64,000 bases of DNA, taken from positions 256,001 to 320,000 of the forward strand of contig OZ241841.1 in assembly GCA_965202665.1 (NCBI GenBank), written 5' to 3'. Of this stretch, positions 10,275-22,629 are shown piece by piece. The translations under genes were made by a program, and so were the position numbers. The stretch comes from Candidatus Spongiisociaceae bacterium (GTDB lineage Bacteria > Actinomycetota > Acidimicrobiia > Spongiisociales > Spongiisociaceae). Position 1 is the first letter of the stretch. Each line of letters begins with the position of its first letter. The notes beneath the pieces are model-generated. The model was not told the DNA's origin, did no database searches, and was given only the letters and a program-made list of their open reading frames with translations.

Positions 10275-11096
10275 TCAGCCCAGGTTGACATCCAGCAGTG
10301 ACAAAATCCGAGCTCCGGCGTCGCCGGCCGCTCCGGCGTGATAAGCCTCGGAGTCGTCGTCCAGAAAATCCCGGCCCGCCCCTTCGTACAGTATCCACTG
10401 GCCGTGCCGGTTCAGCTGCTGCGCCCGGTCCACTTCCCCGACCGGTATCAGTTCGTCCTCGCTCCCGTACAGGCCCAGCACCGCCATCGGCAACATTCCC
10501 AGGGCTTCGCTCATCCGCAGCCGGCGGGTTTCGTCGTCGCCCAGCGGCGCGTAGGCCGCGCACAAGGCGGCCACCTGCTCCGGGCGGTGGGCGGCGTAGG
10601 AGATGGCGAACCGCCCCCCCACGTCCAGGCCGATCAGGCCGATCCGTCCCGGGGCGGCCCATTGCGCCGGGTCGTTGCGGGCGAACGACAAAGCGTCGTC
10701 TATGTCGGTGCGGGCCCGGTGCGCCTCCACTTCCCGATAGGAGGCGAACATCTCCTCCCGGGAGCCGTCCGGGCCGGGATGCCTCCCCCGGGTCAGGTCG
10801 CAGACCATCACCGAGTAGCCGTTGCGGGCCAGGCGGCGGGCCAGGTCTTTCACCCACGGACGGATGCCGTTCAACGGGGGGAGCACTACCACCACCGGAA
10901 ACTCCCCCGCCCGATCCGGGCGGGCCAGGTAACCGTCGGTGAACCGGGCTCCGGTGGGCAACGGGAAATCCCGATAGAGAATTTCCAATGTCCCTTCGTG
11001 GGCTAAAACCGCCACCGTTCCTCCCGCGTCGCCGATGCCGTCCGTTCCCGACAGGTTGCCGAACTGAATGGTAGTCCCCGCCGCCCGTATTTCCAT
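10275..11096 (-). CDS. Dienelactone hydrolase family protein
   Basis: GYLARP, LARRLARNGY, IGLIGLDVGG and LGLYGSED fold motifs; canonical catalytic residues altered. Confidence 0.75.
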   Translation of the reverse strand: MEIRAAGTTIQFGNLSGTDGIGDAGGTVAVLAHEGTLEILYRDFPLPTGARFTDGYLARPDRAGEFPVVVVLPPLNGIRPWVKDLARRLARNGYSVMVCDLTRGRHPGPDGSREEMFASYREVEAHRARTDIDDALSFARNDPAQWAAPGRIGLIGLDVGGRFAISYAAHRPEQVAALCAAYAPLGDDETRRLRMSEALGMLPMAVLGLYGSEDELIPVGEVDRAQQLNRHGQWILYEGAGRDFLDDDSEAYHAGAAGDAGARILSLLDVNLG

Positions 11097-11129
11097 CAAC
11101 CCGCCTGCGCCCGACCGGGGCGCGCCGGG

Positions 11130-11837
11130 CTAATCCGCTATCGGACGCACTTCCCTGATTTCCCCGGCGGTGAGGACGACGGTCCCGCCCTCCGTTTCCA
11201 CCACCAGGCCGCCCGCGGAGTTCACATCCAAGGCCCGGCCCCGGCCCCCTGGATGCCAGGCGATTTCCCGGCCCAGGGTGGCGCAGGCCCGCCGGTACTC
11301 CGCATGCGGCCAGTCCCGCGCCGGCCCCCCGGTCAAAGACAGCAATTCTTCCGCCCAGCTCCGTCCGAGAGAGGCGGCCATGCCGGAGGGCGGCCGCTCC
11401 TCCAGCAAAGCCCCCACTCCGGGCGGGGGGTCCGGCCAAAACAAGTTGACTCCCCACCCCGCCACCGCCAACCCCGGCCGGGCCTCGGTCAGGATCCCCC
11501 CCAGTTTCCACTCTCCCCGCATCAGGTCGTTGGGCCATTTCAACGACAGCCCCTCCGCGCCCGCCGCCGCCGCGCCCCGCAGGGCCCGCAACGCCGCCAC
11601 CCCGGCGGTCAACGTGATAAGCGGCCAAGACGGCGCCGGCCAGCCGGGGCGGAAAGCCAAGGAGACGGCGGCCGCCGCCGGGGCCGTCTCCCAGCGGGAC
11701 CCCATCCGACCCCGCCCCCGCGTCTGCCGGGCGGCCGCCACCAGCACCGGGCCGCCCTCCCCGTCGCCGAAGCGCTCCCGTGCCTCGTCCTGGGTGGAGG
11801 AGGCCTCCTCCAATATCACGGTCGTCAGCGGCTTCAT
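11130..11837 (-). CDS. birA: Biotin--[acetyl-CoA carboxylase] ligase
   Basis: SSTQD, QTRGRGR, LKWPND and KLGGIL; divergent from the carboxylase genes. Confidence 0.92.
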   Translation of the reverse strand: MKPLTTVILEEASSTQDEARERFGDGEGGPVLVAAARQTRGRGRMGSRWETAPAAAAVSLAFRPGWPAPSWPLITLTAGVAALRALRGAAAAGAEGLSLKWPNDLMRGEWKLGGILTEARPGLAVAGWGVNLFWPDPPPGVGALLEERPPSGMAASLGRSWAEELLSLTGGPARDWPHAEYRRACATLGREIAWHPGGRGRALDVNSAGGLVVETEGGTVVLTAGEIREVRPIAD

Positions 11838-11953
11838 GTCCCTCCGCTCCCCCGCCGAATGCGCCATCCGCCTATCTTGTCATAACTTGTCGTAATCTGT
11901 ATCCAAAACGCCCGTCGCCGGGTCTAATCATCTACCAGAAACAAGGGACCGCC

Positions 11954-13504
11954 TTGGGCACCGAACAAAGAATTGAACAACTTCGCCAATTGCGCGACCA
12001 GGCCCGTGAGGCGGGCGGCAAACGTTCCATCGCCCGTCAACAGGAACTGGGCAAGCTGACCGCCCGCGAGCGAATCGCCCTGTTGCTGGACCCGGACAGC
12101 TTCCAGGAGATGGGCATGTTCGCGCGTCACCAAGCGCGGGGCTTCGGCATCGAAGATCAACGCCCGCTGGGAGACGCGGTGGTCACCGGTTACGGAACCA
12201 TCGACGGCCGCACCGTGTTCGTCTACGCCGAGGACTTCACCGTGTTCGGGGGCAGCCTGGGCCAGGCGGTGGCCGAAAAAATAATCAAGGTGATGGACAT
12301 GGCCATGCAGGTGGGGGCCCCGGTGGTGGGCCTCAAAGACTCCGGGGGGGCCCGCATCCAGGAGGGGGTGGCCTCCCTGGACGGGTACGGGCGCATCTTC
12401 TACCGCAACGTGCGGGCCTCGGGGGTGGTCCCGCAGATTTCGGTGATTATGGGACCGTGCGCGGGCGGAGCCGTTTACTCCCCGGCCATCACCGACTTCG
12501 TTTACCAGGTGGACGGCCAAAGCCACCTGTTCATCACCGGCCCGGACGTGATCAAGGCGGCGACCGGAGAGGAGGTCAGTTTCGAGGAGCTGGGCGGGGC
12601 CAACACGCACGCCGCCACCTCCGGCGTGACCCATTTCATCGCCGAGGACGGCTCGGCCGCTTTGGAGGAGGTTCGCTACCTGCTTTCCTTCCTGCCCCAG
12701 AACAACATGGAACCGCCCCCCCGCTACCCGTCCCCGGATTCCCCCGATCGCACCGAGGACGCCTTGGATTCGCTCATCCCGGACTCCCCCAATCAGCCCT
12801 ACGACATGGTGGACGTCATCACCGCGGTGGTGGACGGGGGCGAGTTCTACCAAGTGCATGAGCATTGGGCCCGCAACCTGGTAGTCGGTTTGGCCCGGCT
12901 GGACGGCCAGTCCATCGGGGTGGTAGCCAACCAGCCCGCCCACCTAGCGGGCACCCTGGACATCCACGCCTCCGAGAAAGGGGCCCGCTTCGTGCGGATG
13001 TGCGACGCCTTCAACATCCCCCTGGTCACCTTGGTGGACGTGCCGGGTTTCCTCCCCGGAGTGGAACAGGAACACGGCGGGATAATCCGGCATGGGGCGA
13101 AGCTGCTGTACGCCTTCTGCGAAGCCACCGTCCCCCGCATCACCCTCATCACCCGCAAGTCCTACGGCGGGGCCTATCTGGTGATGAACGCCCGGGGGGT
13201 GGGGGCCGACATGGTTTACGCCTGGCCGTCGGCGGAGATCGCGGTGATGGGGGCGCCGGGGGCGGTTAACATCATCCACCGTCGCCGGTTGAAGGAGGCG
13301 GAGGACGCCGAAGCCCTCCGTCGAACCTTGGTGGAGGAATACGAGGAGCAGTTCTCCAACCCCTACGCGGCCGCTGAGCTGGGTTTGGTGGACGATGTGA
13401 TAGAGCCGCGGGAAAGCCGGATTCATCTCATCCGGGCCTTGGAAATGCTGCGCGACAAACGGAAAACCCTTCCCCCTAAAAAACACGGGAACATCCCCTT
13501 GTAA
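11954..13504 (+). CDS. pccB: Acyl-CoA (propionyl-CoA) carboxylase carboxyltransferase subunit
   Basis: DSGGARIQEG, GPCAGGAVYSPA, DVPGFLPG and KKHGNIPL; TTG start inferred. Confidence 0.92.
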   Translation: MGTEQRIEQLRQLRDQAREAGGKRSIARQQELGKLTARERIALLLDPDSFQEMGMFARHQARGFGIEDQRPLGDAVVTGYGTIDGRTVFVYAEDFTVFGGSLGQAVAEKIIKVMDMAMQVGAPVVGLKDSGGARIQEGVASLDGYGRIFYRNVRASGVVPQISVIMGPCAGGAVYSPAITDFVYQVDGQSHLFITGPDVIKAATGEEVSFEELGGANTHAATSGVTHFIAEDGSAALEEVRYLLSFLPQNNMEPPPRYPSPDSPDRTEDALDSLIPDSPNQPYDMVDVITAVVDGGEFYQVHEHWARNLVVGLARLDGQSIGVVANQPAHLAGTLDIHASEKGARFVRMCDAFNIPLVTLVDVPGFLPGVEQEHGGIIRHGAKLLYAFCEATVPRITLITRKSYGGAYLVMNARGVGADMVYAWPSAEIAVMGAPGAVNIIHRRRLKEAEDAEALRRTLVEEYEEQFSNPYAAAELGLVDDVIEPRESRIHLIRALEMLRDKRKTLPPKKHGNIPL

Positions 13505-13565
13505 TGGATAATGGCCTTTCCCCGGTAATGTCAGCCGCCCGCCGCCCCGCCTCCCGCGCCGCCCG

Positions 13566-15311
<1,746 letters not shown>

Positions 15312-15321
15312 CGTCGGGGAA

Positions 15322-16158
15322 ATGACCATAAAACTGCTGTCTTGGAACGTGAACTACCGGGTGGGCGCCAATCCCCGGCAACTGGATTTCCTAGCCGAAA
15401 CCGCCCCCGACATCGTCGCCTTGCAGGAGGTCAGCCCCAAAGCGGATCGTTTCTTCCAAACCGAACTGCCCGGAATCGGCCTGTTTCACGTCGCGTCCGC
15501 CTACGACTACGACATCGACCGGAGGGGACGCCCCCGAAAGCGCCGGAGCGGGGTTCTGCTCGCCTCCCGCTGGCCGTTGCGGGTTCCCGACCCCCATTGC
15601 CTCAACTTGCCTTGGCCGGAACAGGGCCTGTCGGCCACGGCGCTTTCGCCGCACGGCCCGGTGCGGGCCCACACCGTCCATGTGCCGGCCGGCTCCATGT
15701 ACGGCATCGTCAAAACGCTCACCTTCAACCGCATTTTCGGTTCGCTGGCGGGCGCGCCCCCGGGCGGGCATCGCATCCTGTGCGGGGATTTCAACTCCCC
15801 GGAAGAAGAATATCCGGACCGCCCGCCGCTGATGTTCGGAGGGTCGGGAACCGCGGCCGGACGGCGGCAACGAGCGGCTGAGGAGCGGGTGATGCTCGGC
15901 TTGGCCGAATACGATTTAGCCGACGCTTTTCGCTCCCGGCACGGCTACGACGGCATTCAATACGAAGTTCCCGACGACCCCCGCACCACCAACCAGTTCA
16001 GCTGGGCGACCCCCCAAAATCCCAACATCCGGCGCCGTTTCGACCACATTTTCTCATCCCGTTCCCTGCGCCCGGCGGAATGCGACTACCTGCATCAGCC
16101 CCGCAGGGACGGCCTGAGCGACCACTCCCCCGTCTGCGCCCTTTTCCAACCGGTCTAG
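15322..16158 (+). CDS. Endonuclease/exonuclease/phosphatase (EEP) family protein
   Basis: LSWNV, DIVALQEV, CGDFN, RFDHIF and SDHSPV. Confidence 0.88.
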   Translation: MTIKLLSWNVNYRVGANPRQLDFLAETAPDIVALQEVSPKADRFFQTELPGIGLFHVASAYDYDIDRRGRPRKRRSGVLLASRWPLRVPDPHCLNLPWPEQGLSATALSPHGPVRAHTVHVPAGSMYGIVKTLTFNRIFGSLAGAPPGGHRILCGDFNSPEEEYPDRPPLMFGGSGTAAGRRQRAAEERVMLGLAEYDLADAFRSRHGYDGIQYEVPDDPRTTNQFSWATPQNPNIRRRFDHIFSSRSLRPAECDYLHQPRRDGLSDHSPVCALFQPV

Positions 16159-16168
16159 CCGCCCCGGG

Positions 16169-17536
16169 TTATTCGCCGGCTTCGCTCACCGACTCGGAGA
16201 GGGTGGGGTGCACCATCAAGGTGTCGGTCAGCACATCCGTCCCCACCCGGGCGGAAACGGCCAAGGCCAGAATGCCTATCAACTCCGACGCCCGATGGCC
16301 GACCACCGTCCCGCCCAGCACCACCCGCGTGGCCGGGTCGGAAATCACTTTCACGAACCCCTTGGAACTCCCGTGGATGATGCTGCGGGGGTTGACCGCG
16401 AACGGCACCTTGGTGGTGCGCACCTTGCGCCCTTCGGCGGCGGCGGCCGCTTCGTCTAAACCCACCGAGGCGATCTCCGGTTCGGTGAAAATGGCTTGGG
16501 CGACTTTGGAATGATCCATCGGCTTTTCGGGATGGCCGGTCACATGGCGGGCGATCTTGCGGCCCTGCATGGAGGCCACCGAGGAGAGGGGCATCTGCCC
16601 GGTTACGTCCCCCGCCGCGTAAATGTGGGGAACGGAGGTGCGTTGATGGCCGTCCACGGCCACGAACCCGTCGTCGGCCGCGGCCACCCCCGCCTCCTCC
16701 AATCCAATGCCCTCCGACATGGGAACCAGGCCCACCGCCAACAGGGCGTGGGTGGCCTCCACCCGCCGCCCGTCCTCCACCTCCACGATTACCCCGTCCC
16801 CGGTGCGGACCGCGCCCGAGGCCCGTGCCCCTTTCAAAAGCCGCACCCCCCGCTCCAAAAAGTCGGTTTCCAAGGCTTCCGCCACTTCGGCGTCCCGGTG
16901 GGGAAGCACCTGATGGCGGCTGACCAGAAGCGTCACCTGCGAACCCAGGCTGTCGAAAATGTGCACCATCTCCACCCCGGTCACCCCCGACCCGATGACC
17001 GCCAAATGCCGGGGCGGGGCGGGCAGGTCGTAGACCTGGCGGGTGGTGAGAATGCGCTCCCCGTCCACCGCCGCCCATTCCGGCGTCCGGGGCCGCGACC
17101 CGGTGGACAAAAGGGCGGCGTCGAATTCCAGCGGGATTTCCCCCCGTTCGGTTTCCACCACCGCGGTGCGGGGACCGGTCAGCCGCCCCCATCCGGCCAG
17201 AATCTCAATCCCCTGGCTTTCCAACAGTTCCGCCGACCGGCGGGACAGCCTGCCGGAAATGTCCCGTATGCGCCGGGCCAGCCGCCCCGGTTCCACCTCC
17301 GCCCCCGCCACTTCGATCCCCAGCCCGTCGGCGTTGCGCACCGCCCGCATCCGTTGCGAGACGGCCGCCATGGTCTTGGACGGGACGCAGTCCCGCAGAT
17401 GGGCCGCCCCGCCCACTATGGAAGCCTCCGCCAACGTAACTCGCGCCCCCAGGGCGGCGGCCGTTCCCGCGGCCGCGGTTCCGGCGGGCCCCGCCCCCAG
17501 CACCAAAAACCGGACCGGGGACTCCCGCCCGTCCAT
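16169..17536 (-). CDS. lpdA: NAD(P)H-quinone dehydrogenase (actinobacterial LpdA-type flavoprotein)
   Basis: GAGPAG, GGAAHLRDCVPSK with a single Cys, GSGVTGVE, ASMQGR and HPTLSES. Confidence 0.85.
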   Translation of the reverse strand: MDGRESPVRFLVLGAGPAGTAAAGTAAALGARVTLAEASIVGGAAHLRDCVPSKTMAAVSQRMRAVRNADGLGIEVAGAEVEPGRLARRIRDISGRLSRRSAELLESQGIEILAGWGRLTGPRTAVVETERGEIPLEFDAALLSTGSRPRTPEWAAVDGERILTTRQVYDLPAPPRHLAVIGSGVTGVEMVHIFDSLGSQVTLLVSRHQVLPHRDAEVAEALETDFLERGVRLLKGARASGAVRTGDGVIVEVEDGRRVEATHALLAVGLVPMSEGIGLEEAGVAAADDGFVAVDGHQRTSVPHIYAAGDVTGQMPLSSVASMQGRKIARHVTGHPEKPMDHSKVAQAIFTEPEIASVGLDEAAAAAEGRKVRTTKVPFAVNPRSIIHGSSKGFVKVISDPATRVVLGGTVVGHRASELIGILALAVSARVGTDVLTDTLMVHPTLSESVSEAGE

Positions 17537-17583
17537 CAGCCGGCCCCGCCCGCGCCGCTCACTCCCTCACCCGGCCCGGGCGT

Positions 17584-19197
17584 TCAACGGGGCCGGTGGA
17601 CGCCGAAAACGTCCCGCAACGCATCGGACACCTCCCCCAAACTGGCCCCGGCCGACAAGGCGGCTTTCATCGGATACATCAGGTTGTCCCCGGAGGCCGC
17701 CGCCGCCCGCACCTCTTCCACCGCCCGCTCCGCCCCGCCCCCCCGCCGGGCCGCTTTGCGGGCCGCCGTCCGTTCCCGTTGCGCCCGCTCCAAATCGGGA
17801 TCCACCTCCGTGGTCTCTATCCCCGGCTCCCCCCGGTCGGCATGGCGGTTCACCCCCACCACTCCCTGCTCCCCGGTTTCGATGCGCACCGAAGTCCGAT
17901 AGGCGGCCTCTTCGATCTCCCCCTGCTGGTATCCGGCTTCGATGGCGGCCGCCGCCCCGCCCCGCCGGTCGATTTCGGCGATCAAACGGGAGGCGGCCTC
18001 CTGCAACCGGTCGGTGAGGCTTTCCACATAGTAGGAACCGGCCAGCGGATCGGCGGTGTCGGTCAGGCCGGACTCTTCGGCCAGCACCTGCTGGGTGCGC
18101 AAGGCGAGGCGGGCCGAGTTTTCGGTGGGCAGGCCCAGGGCCTCGTCGTAAGCGTTGGCGTGCAGGGACTGGGCCCCGCCCAAAACGGCCGCCGCGGCCT
18201 GCATCGCGGTGCGCACAATGTTGTTCTCCGGCTGCTGGGCGGTGAGCGTGGAACCGGCGGTCTGGACGTGGAACCGCATCCGCTGGGCGGCGGCCGTCCG
18301 GGCCCCGAACCGGTCTTTCATTATCTGCGCCCACATCCGCCGGGCGGCCCGGAATTTGGCCGCCTCCTCAAACAGGTGATTGTGGGAGTTCCAAAAGAAG
18401 GAAATACGGGGGGCGAAAGAGTCCGCTTCCAGCCCGGCCGCCTGCGCCGCCTCCACATAGGCGATCCCGTTGGCCAAGGTGAAGGCGATCTCTTGAGCGG
18501 CGGTGGCCCCCGCCTCCCGAATATGGTATCCGGAGACGGAGATGGTGTTCCAGTTGGGCAGTTCCCGGCCGCAGTAGGCGAACAGGTCGGTTACCAGGCG
18601 CATGGAGGGGGCGGGCGGGTAAATGTAAGTTCCGCGGGCGATGTACTCTTTGAGAATATCGTTTTGGACGGTGCCCCGGATGCTCTCCGGGGGGACCCCC
18701 TGCTCCTCGGCCGCCAACTGGTAAAGAAGCAACAGGATGGGGGCGGTGGAGTTGATGGTCATGGAGACGCTCACCTCCCCCAGCGGCAACCCCTCCGCCA
18801 AAGTCCGCATGTCCTCCAAGCCGTCGATGGCCACCCCCACCTTGCCCACCTCCCCCGCCGCGGCGGGGGAGTCGGAGTCCAAGCCCATCTGCGTGGGCAG
18901 GTCGAAGGCCACCGACAGGCCGGTCTGCCCGGCGTCCAGCAACGACCGGAACCGCCGGTTGGTTTCCTCGGCGGTCCCGAACCCGGCGTATTGGCGCATG
19001 GTCCACGGCCGCCCTCGGTACATATCGGGGTAGGGGCCGCGGGTGAACGGAAACTCCCCCGGGTCGCCCAACGGCCCGTGCCGGGCGGACCGGTACACCG
19101 GCTCGATCTCTATTCCGCTGGAGGTAAGGCGCGGCTCCGGCCCCCCCGCCGGGCGGTCGGAGGCGTCCGCGGAGTTGGAAGGTATAGTTTTAACCAC
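17584..19197 (-). CDS. Methylmalonyl-CoA mutase, substrate-binding subunit (no B12 domain)
   Basis: [32 protein letters not shown] and AQQPENN. Confidence 0.92.
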   Translation of the reverse strand: MVKTIPSNSADASDRPAGGPEPRLTSSGIEIEPVYRSARHGPLGDPGEFPFTRGPYPDMYRGRPWTMRQYAGFGTAEETNRRFRSLLDAGQTGLSVAFDLPTQMGLDSDSPAAAGEVGKVGVAIDGLEDMRTLAEGLPLGEVSVSMTINSTAPILLLLYQLAAEEQGVPPESIRGTVQNDILKEYIARGTYIYPPAPSMRLVTDLFAYCGRELPNWNTISVSGYHIREAGATAAQEIAFTLANGIAYVEAAQAAGLEADSFAPRISFFWNSHNHLFEEAAKFRAARRMWAQIMKDRFGARTAAAQRMRFHVQTAGSTLTAQQPENNIVRTAMQAAAAVLGGAQSLHANAYDEALGLPTENSARLALRTQQVLAEESGLTDTADPLAGSYYVESLTDRLQEAASRLIAEIDRRGGAAAAIEAGYQQGEIEEAAYRTSVRIETGEQGVVGVNRHADRGEPGIETTEVDPDLERAQRERTAARKAARRGGGAERAVEEVRAAAASGDNLMYPMKAALSAGASLGEVSDALRDVFGVHRPR

Positions 19198-19255
19198 CGG
19201 CCTGATTATCCTATCTCGTTAATGAGCGAATATTCTACCCCCGGCTCCCCCGGCG

Positions 19256-21916
19256 ATGATTGAGCGGACCGTCCACGAAATAGAAAACGACGAGATCCGG
19301 CCCCGCTGGTTCATCGCCATGGTGTTCGGCCTGGTCATCACCGGCATCCTGGCCACCTGGATCGGTCTGTTCACGTTTATGGGGGCCAACTCGGCCTTCG
19401 GAATTTTCCAGCGGGCGGTGGACCGATGGGTTCCGGAAACCGACCTGGGCTCCTTCAACCTTCCCATCCTGTCCCGGGTTTCCCACATCTACGCCGAGGA
19501 CGGGAGCCTGCTGGCCGAATTGCACGACGGGCGGAACTCGGAACCGGTGCGCTACTCGGAGATGCCCGCCTCCCTCATCAACGCGGTGTTGGCCGCCGAA
19601 GACGGGGACTTTTTCGAACATGAGGGCATCGACTTCACGGCCATCGTCAGCGCCATGCGCGACTACGTGACCGGCGCTTCGCAACGGGGGGGCTCCACCA
19701 TCACCCAGCAGGTGGTGAAACGCAACATCGTGGGTGCCGACTTGACCATCGAACGGAAAATCGCCGAAGCCTTGTACGCCATAGAACTGGAACGGGTGTA
19801 CGACAAGGAGCAGATCCTGGAGTTCTACCTGAACTCGGTGTATTTCGGCTGGTCGGCCTACGGAGTTTCCGCCGCCGCCCGGGAATATTTCGGAAAAAAC
19901 GTGCGGGATCTGACCGCGGCCGAAGCGGCCACCCTGGTGGTCACCATCCGCAATCCCAGCCTGTACGACCCCCGCCGCCAGCCGGAGCGCACCCGCGAAC
20001 GGCGGGACGACGTCATCGACGCCATGGCCGCCTCCGGTTTCATCGACTTCGAGGCGGCCGCCGCCGCGAAAGAGGAACCGTTTCTAATTAAAGAAGCGGA
20101 GGCTTTCCAAAGCCCGGCCGACCACGTAGTTGCCGAAGTGCGACGCCAACTGCTGCACGACCCCGAGTTCGCCTTCCTGGGCGAAGACGACATCGAACGG
20201 AAACGGGCCATTTTCGGCTGCCCCTCCCATGACACGGAATGCGAAGGCGGGGGCGGCTTGGAGATTTTCGTAACCGTGGACTTGACCCTGCAGGAAGCGG
20301 CCAACAACATACTCCGTACCTGGTTGCCGGTTCCCGGGTCCGACTTTTCGGACCCGCGCGGGGCCCCCACCGGGGCCATCGCCATGATCGAAAACAACAC
20401 CGGGGCGGTGCTGGCCATGTCCTCCGGCCTGCCTTTCACCGAAGAGCAGTTCGATTTGGCGGTGCAGGGCCGCCGCAACCCCGGGTCGGCTTTCAAACCC
20501 ATCGCCTTGGCCGCTTTCTTGGAGCAGGGCGGCAGCTTGGACTCCTGGTGGGACGCCCGCAGCCCCATCGAAATCGAATGCGAAACCCCGTGCGGTCCGG
20601 ACGGCTCCCGCATTTGGACGGTGCGCAACGCGGGGCGGGTGGATTCCCTGATCAGCCTGCATCAGGCCACCGCCCGCTCGGTGAACGCGGTCTACGCCCA
20701 GGTGGCGGTGGAAGTCGGACCGGATGGGATAGCCGACATGGCTCATCGCCTGGGCGTCCAATCTGAACTGGAACCGGTTTATTCGCTGGCCCTGGGGGCG
20801 GGGGCGGTCAGCCCGCTGGAAATGGCCTCCGCCTACAGCACCCTGGCCGCCAACGGGGTGCACGCCGAACCCTATCTGATCTCCCGCATCACCACCTCCG
20901 ACGGCCGCGTCATTTACGAGCGGGAGGTGCGCACCACCCAAGCCGTGGACCCGGCTTTAGCGGCGGCGGTGCGCCGGCCGATGGAAGAGGTGGTGTGTTG
21001 CGGAACCGCCCAGCGGGCGCAGATCGAAGGCCTGCCCCAGGCGGGGAAGACCGGCACCCACCAGGCCTTCCGGGACGCCTGGTTCGTGGGATTCGTCCCC
21101 AACTTCACCACCGCGGTGTGGGTCGGGTTCCCGGACGAGCAGATCGCCTTGGAGGATGTGGTGATCAACGGGGAGGGCTACTCGCGGGTGTTCGGGGGCA
21201 CGGTGCCCGCCCCCATCTGGAAAGAGTTCATGGAGACCGTGCTCCAGACATACCCGCCCGGCGAGTTCCGGCCGGTGCAAGGCTCCAACTTCTACAACGC
21301 CCCCGTCCTGACCGAAGTGCCGGAGGTAACGGGCCTGACCGTCGAGGAAGCGGAGAAAGCCATGTTCGGGGCCCGGTTGCTGACCGAAGTGGAGGAAAGG
21401 ACGGTGCTGGTCTTCCCCGCACCCTCCGCCCCGCCGGAAACCCCCGAAGAGGGGGAAACCGGGGAAACCGCCGCCGAGGAGGCCCCGCCGGTAATCGAAG
21501 CGGGGCAGGTCCTTTCCACGGAACCGGCCGCCGGGGAGATGATCCCGCAGGGTTCCAAGGTGGTCATGCGGGTTCTGGCCCCTCCCGCCGGGGAGGAAAA
21601 CGAAAACTCCGAGGAGGAAAGCCCCGTCGACCAGCCCACCGGGGAACCCGAACCGGAAACCCCCGGAGAAGGGGAAACCGGGGGGGATGGGGAAACCGCC
21701 GTCGAGACAGGGGACGAAGAACCGGTTTCCGAAGACTCTTCCAACGCTGGAGAGAACGGCGCCGACCCGGAGCAACCGGCGGAACCCGACGACCCCGGCT
21801 CCGATGGCAACGGGGACGGGACCGCGGAGCCCGACGCCGGCGACCCGGAGGAACCAAGCGGGGATCAAGAACCCCCCGCCGAAGAGGAAACCGGCGGCCA
21901 AACCTTCGACGCCTAG
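19256..21916 (+). CDS. Class A penicillin-binding protein (transglycosylase, transpeptidase, PASTA) with acidic tail
   Basis: AAEDGDFFEHEG, GGSTITQQ, SAFK, SVN and KTG motifs. Confidence 0.93.
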   Translation: MIERTVHEIENDEIRPRWFIAMVFGLVITGILATWIGLFTFMGANSAFGIFQRAVDRWVPETDLGSFNLPILSRVSHIYAEDGSLLAELHDGRNSEPVRYSEMPASLINAVLAAEDGDFFEHEGIDFTAIVSAMRDYVTGASQRGGSTITQQVVKRNIVGADLTIERKIAEALYAIELERVYDKEQILEFYLNSVYFGWSAYGVSAAAREYFGKNVRDLTAAEAATLVVTIRNPSLYDPRRQPERTRERRDDVIDAMAASGFIDFEAAAAAKEEPFLIKEAEAFQSPADHVVAEVRRQLLHDPEFAFLGEDDIERKRAIFGCPSHDTECEGGGGLEIFVTVDLTLQEAANNILRTWLPVPGSDFSDPRGAPTGAIAMIENNTGAVLAMSSGLPFTEEQFDLAVQGRRNPGSAFKPIALAAFLEQGGSLDSWWDARSPIEIECETPCGPDGSRIWTVRNAGRVDSLISLHQATARSVNAVYAQVAVEVGPDGIADMAHRLGVQSELEPVYSLALGAGAVSPLEMASAYSTLAANGVHAEPYLISRITTSDGRVIYEREVRTTQAVDPALAAAVRRPMEEVVCCGTAQRAQIEGLPQAGKTGTHQAFRDAWFVGFVPNFTTAVWVGFPDEQIALEDVVINGEGYSRVFGGTVPAPIWKEFMETVLQTYPPGEFRPVQGSNFYNAPVLTEVPEVTGLTVEEAEKAMFGARLLTEVEERTVLVFPAPSAPPETPEEGETGETAAEEAPPVIEAGQVLSTEPAAGEMIPQGSKVVMRVLAPPAGEENENSEEESPVDQPTGEPEPETPGEGETGGDGETAVETGDEEPVSEDSSNAGENGADPEQPAEPDDPGSDGNGDGTAEPDAGDPEEPSGDQEPPAEEETGGQTFDA

Positions 21917-22082
21917 CGAACCCCGTCGTCGGTTTGCTCTTTAGATTATTTCCCCTCTTTTATATTCTAAACTAATAATAATATGTTTTATCCTCTATCT
22001 ATATCGTAAAAATCTTGAGAACGCGAAAAAAATATGGCAAAAAGGGTTGTTGTTTAGGATTATTTACATTATATTACGATAT

Positions 22083-22619
22083 ATGGGATACGCAGCGTCC
22101 GAAATCGCCCTTCGCGGTAGCAATACCCCCGTCTCTTTGGGCGTCTCGCATTTTTCGGGCGCTGCGATCCGCCCCTCCGCCCGGCAACGGCGGCGAATCC
22201 GGCCCCGCCTGTGGCCCCATCCGGCGCCCGACGGCCTGCTCCCCGACCACCCCTACGTGCATCGCTATTGGAGCATGGCCCTCGGCTCCCGGCCGATGGC
22301 GGAACTGTTGCGCCTCATCACCGCCGCCCAGCGAGGGGAGGCCATCCGCCAACCGGTTTTCCTGGCCGTGCTGGCCCGGGAAGGGTTGGCGGCTTTCGGA
22401 GAAGACGCGCCGGGCGGCCCCTCCCGGTGCGCGGAGATCATCTGGGTCAGGGATCTCCTCCCTCCGCTGGGAGCGCAACAGGTTTCCCGCCTGGCCTACG
22501 AACTGCGCCGCCGCCACACCTACGACCTGGCCCTGGCCGCGGCCAGCCAACGGGCCGGCCGCCCCCGCATCTCCCCCTGGCCGGCCGGGGAGCGGGGGGT
22601 TCCGGGCGGGCGCCGCTAA
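22083..22619 (+). CDS. Hypothetical protein
   Basis: ORF after an AT-rich tract; protein-like segment HPYVHRYWSMALGSRPMAELLRL; start uncertain. Confidence 0.5.
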   Translation: MGYAASEIALRGSNTPVSLGVSHFSGAAIRPSARQRRRIRPRLWPHPAPDGLLPDHPYVHRYWSMALGSRPMAELLRLITAAQRGEAIRQPVFLAVLAREGLAAFGEDAPGGPSRCAEIIWVRDLLPPLGAQQVSRLAYELRRRHTYDLALAAASQRAGRPRISPWPAGERGVPGGRR

Positions 22620-22629
22620 AATCTTTCCC

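Noticed and set aside
21930-22090. Replication origin
   Set aside because: No DnaA-box cluster and no dnaA/dnaN context.
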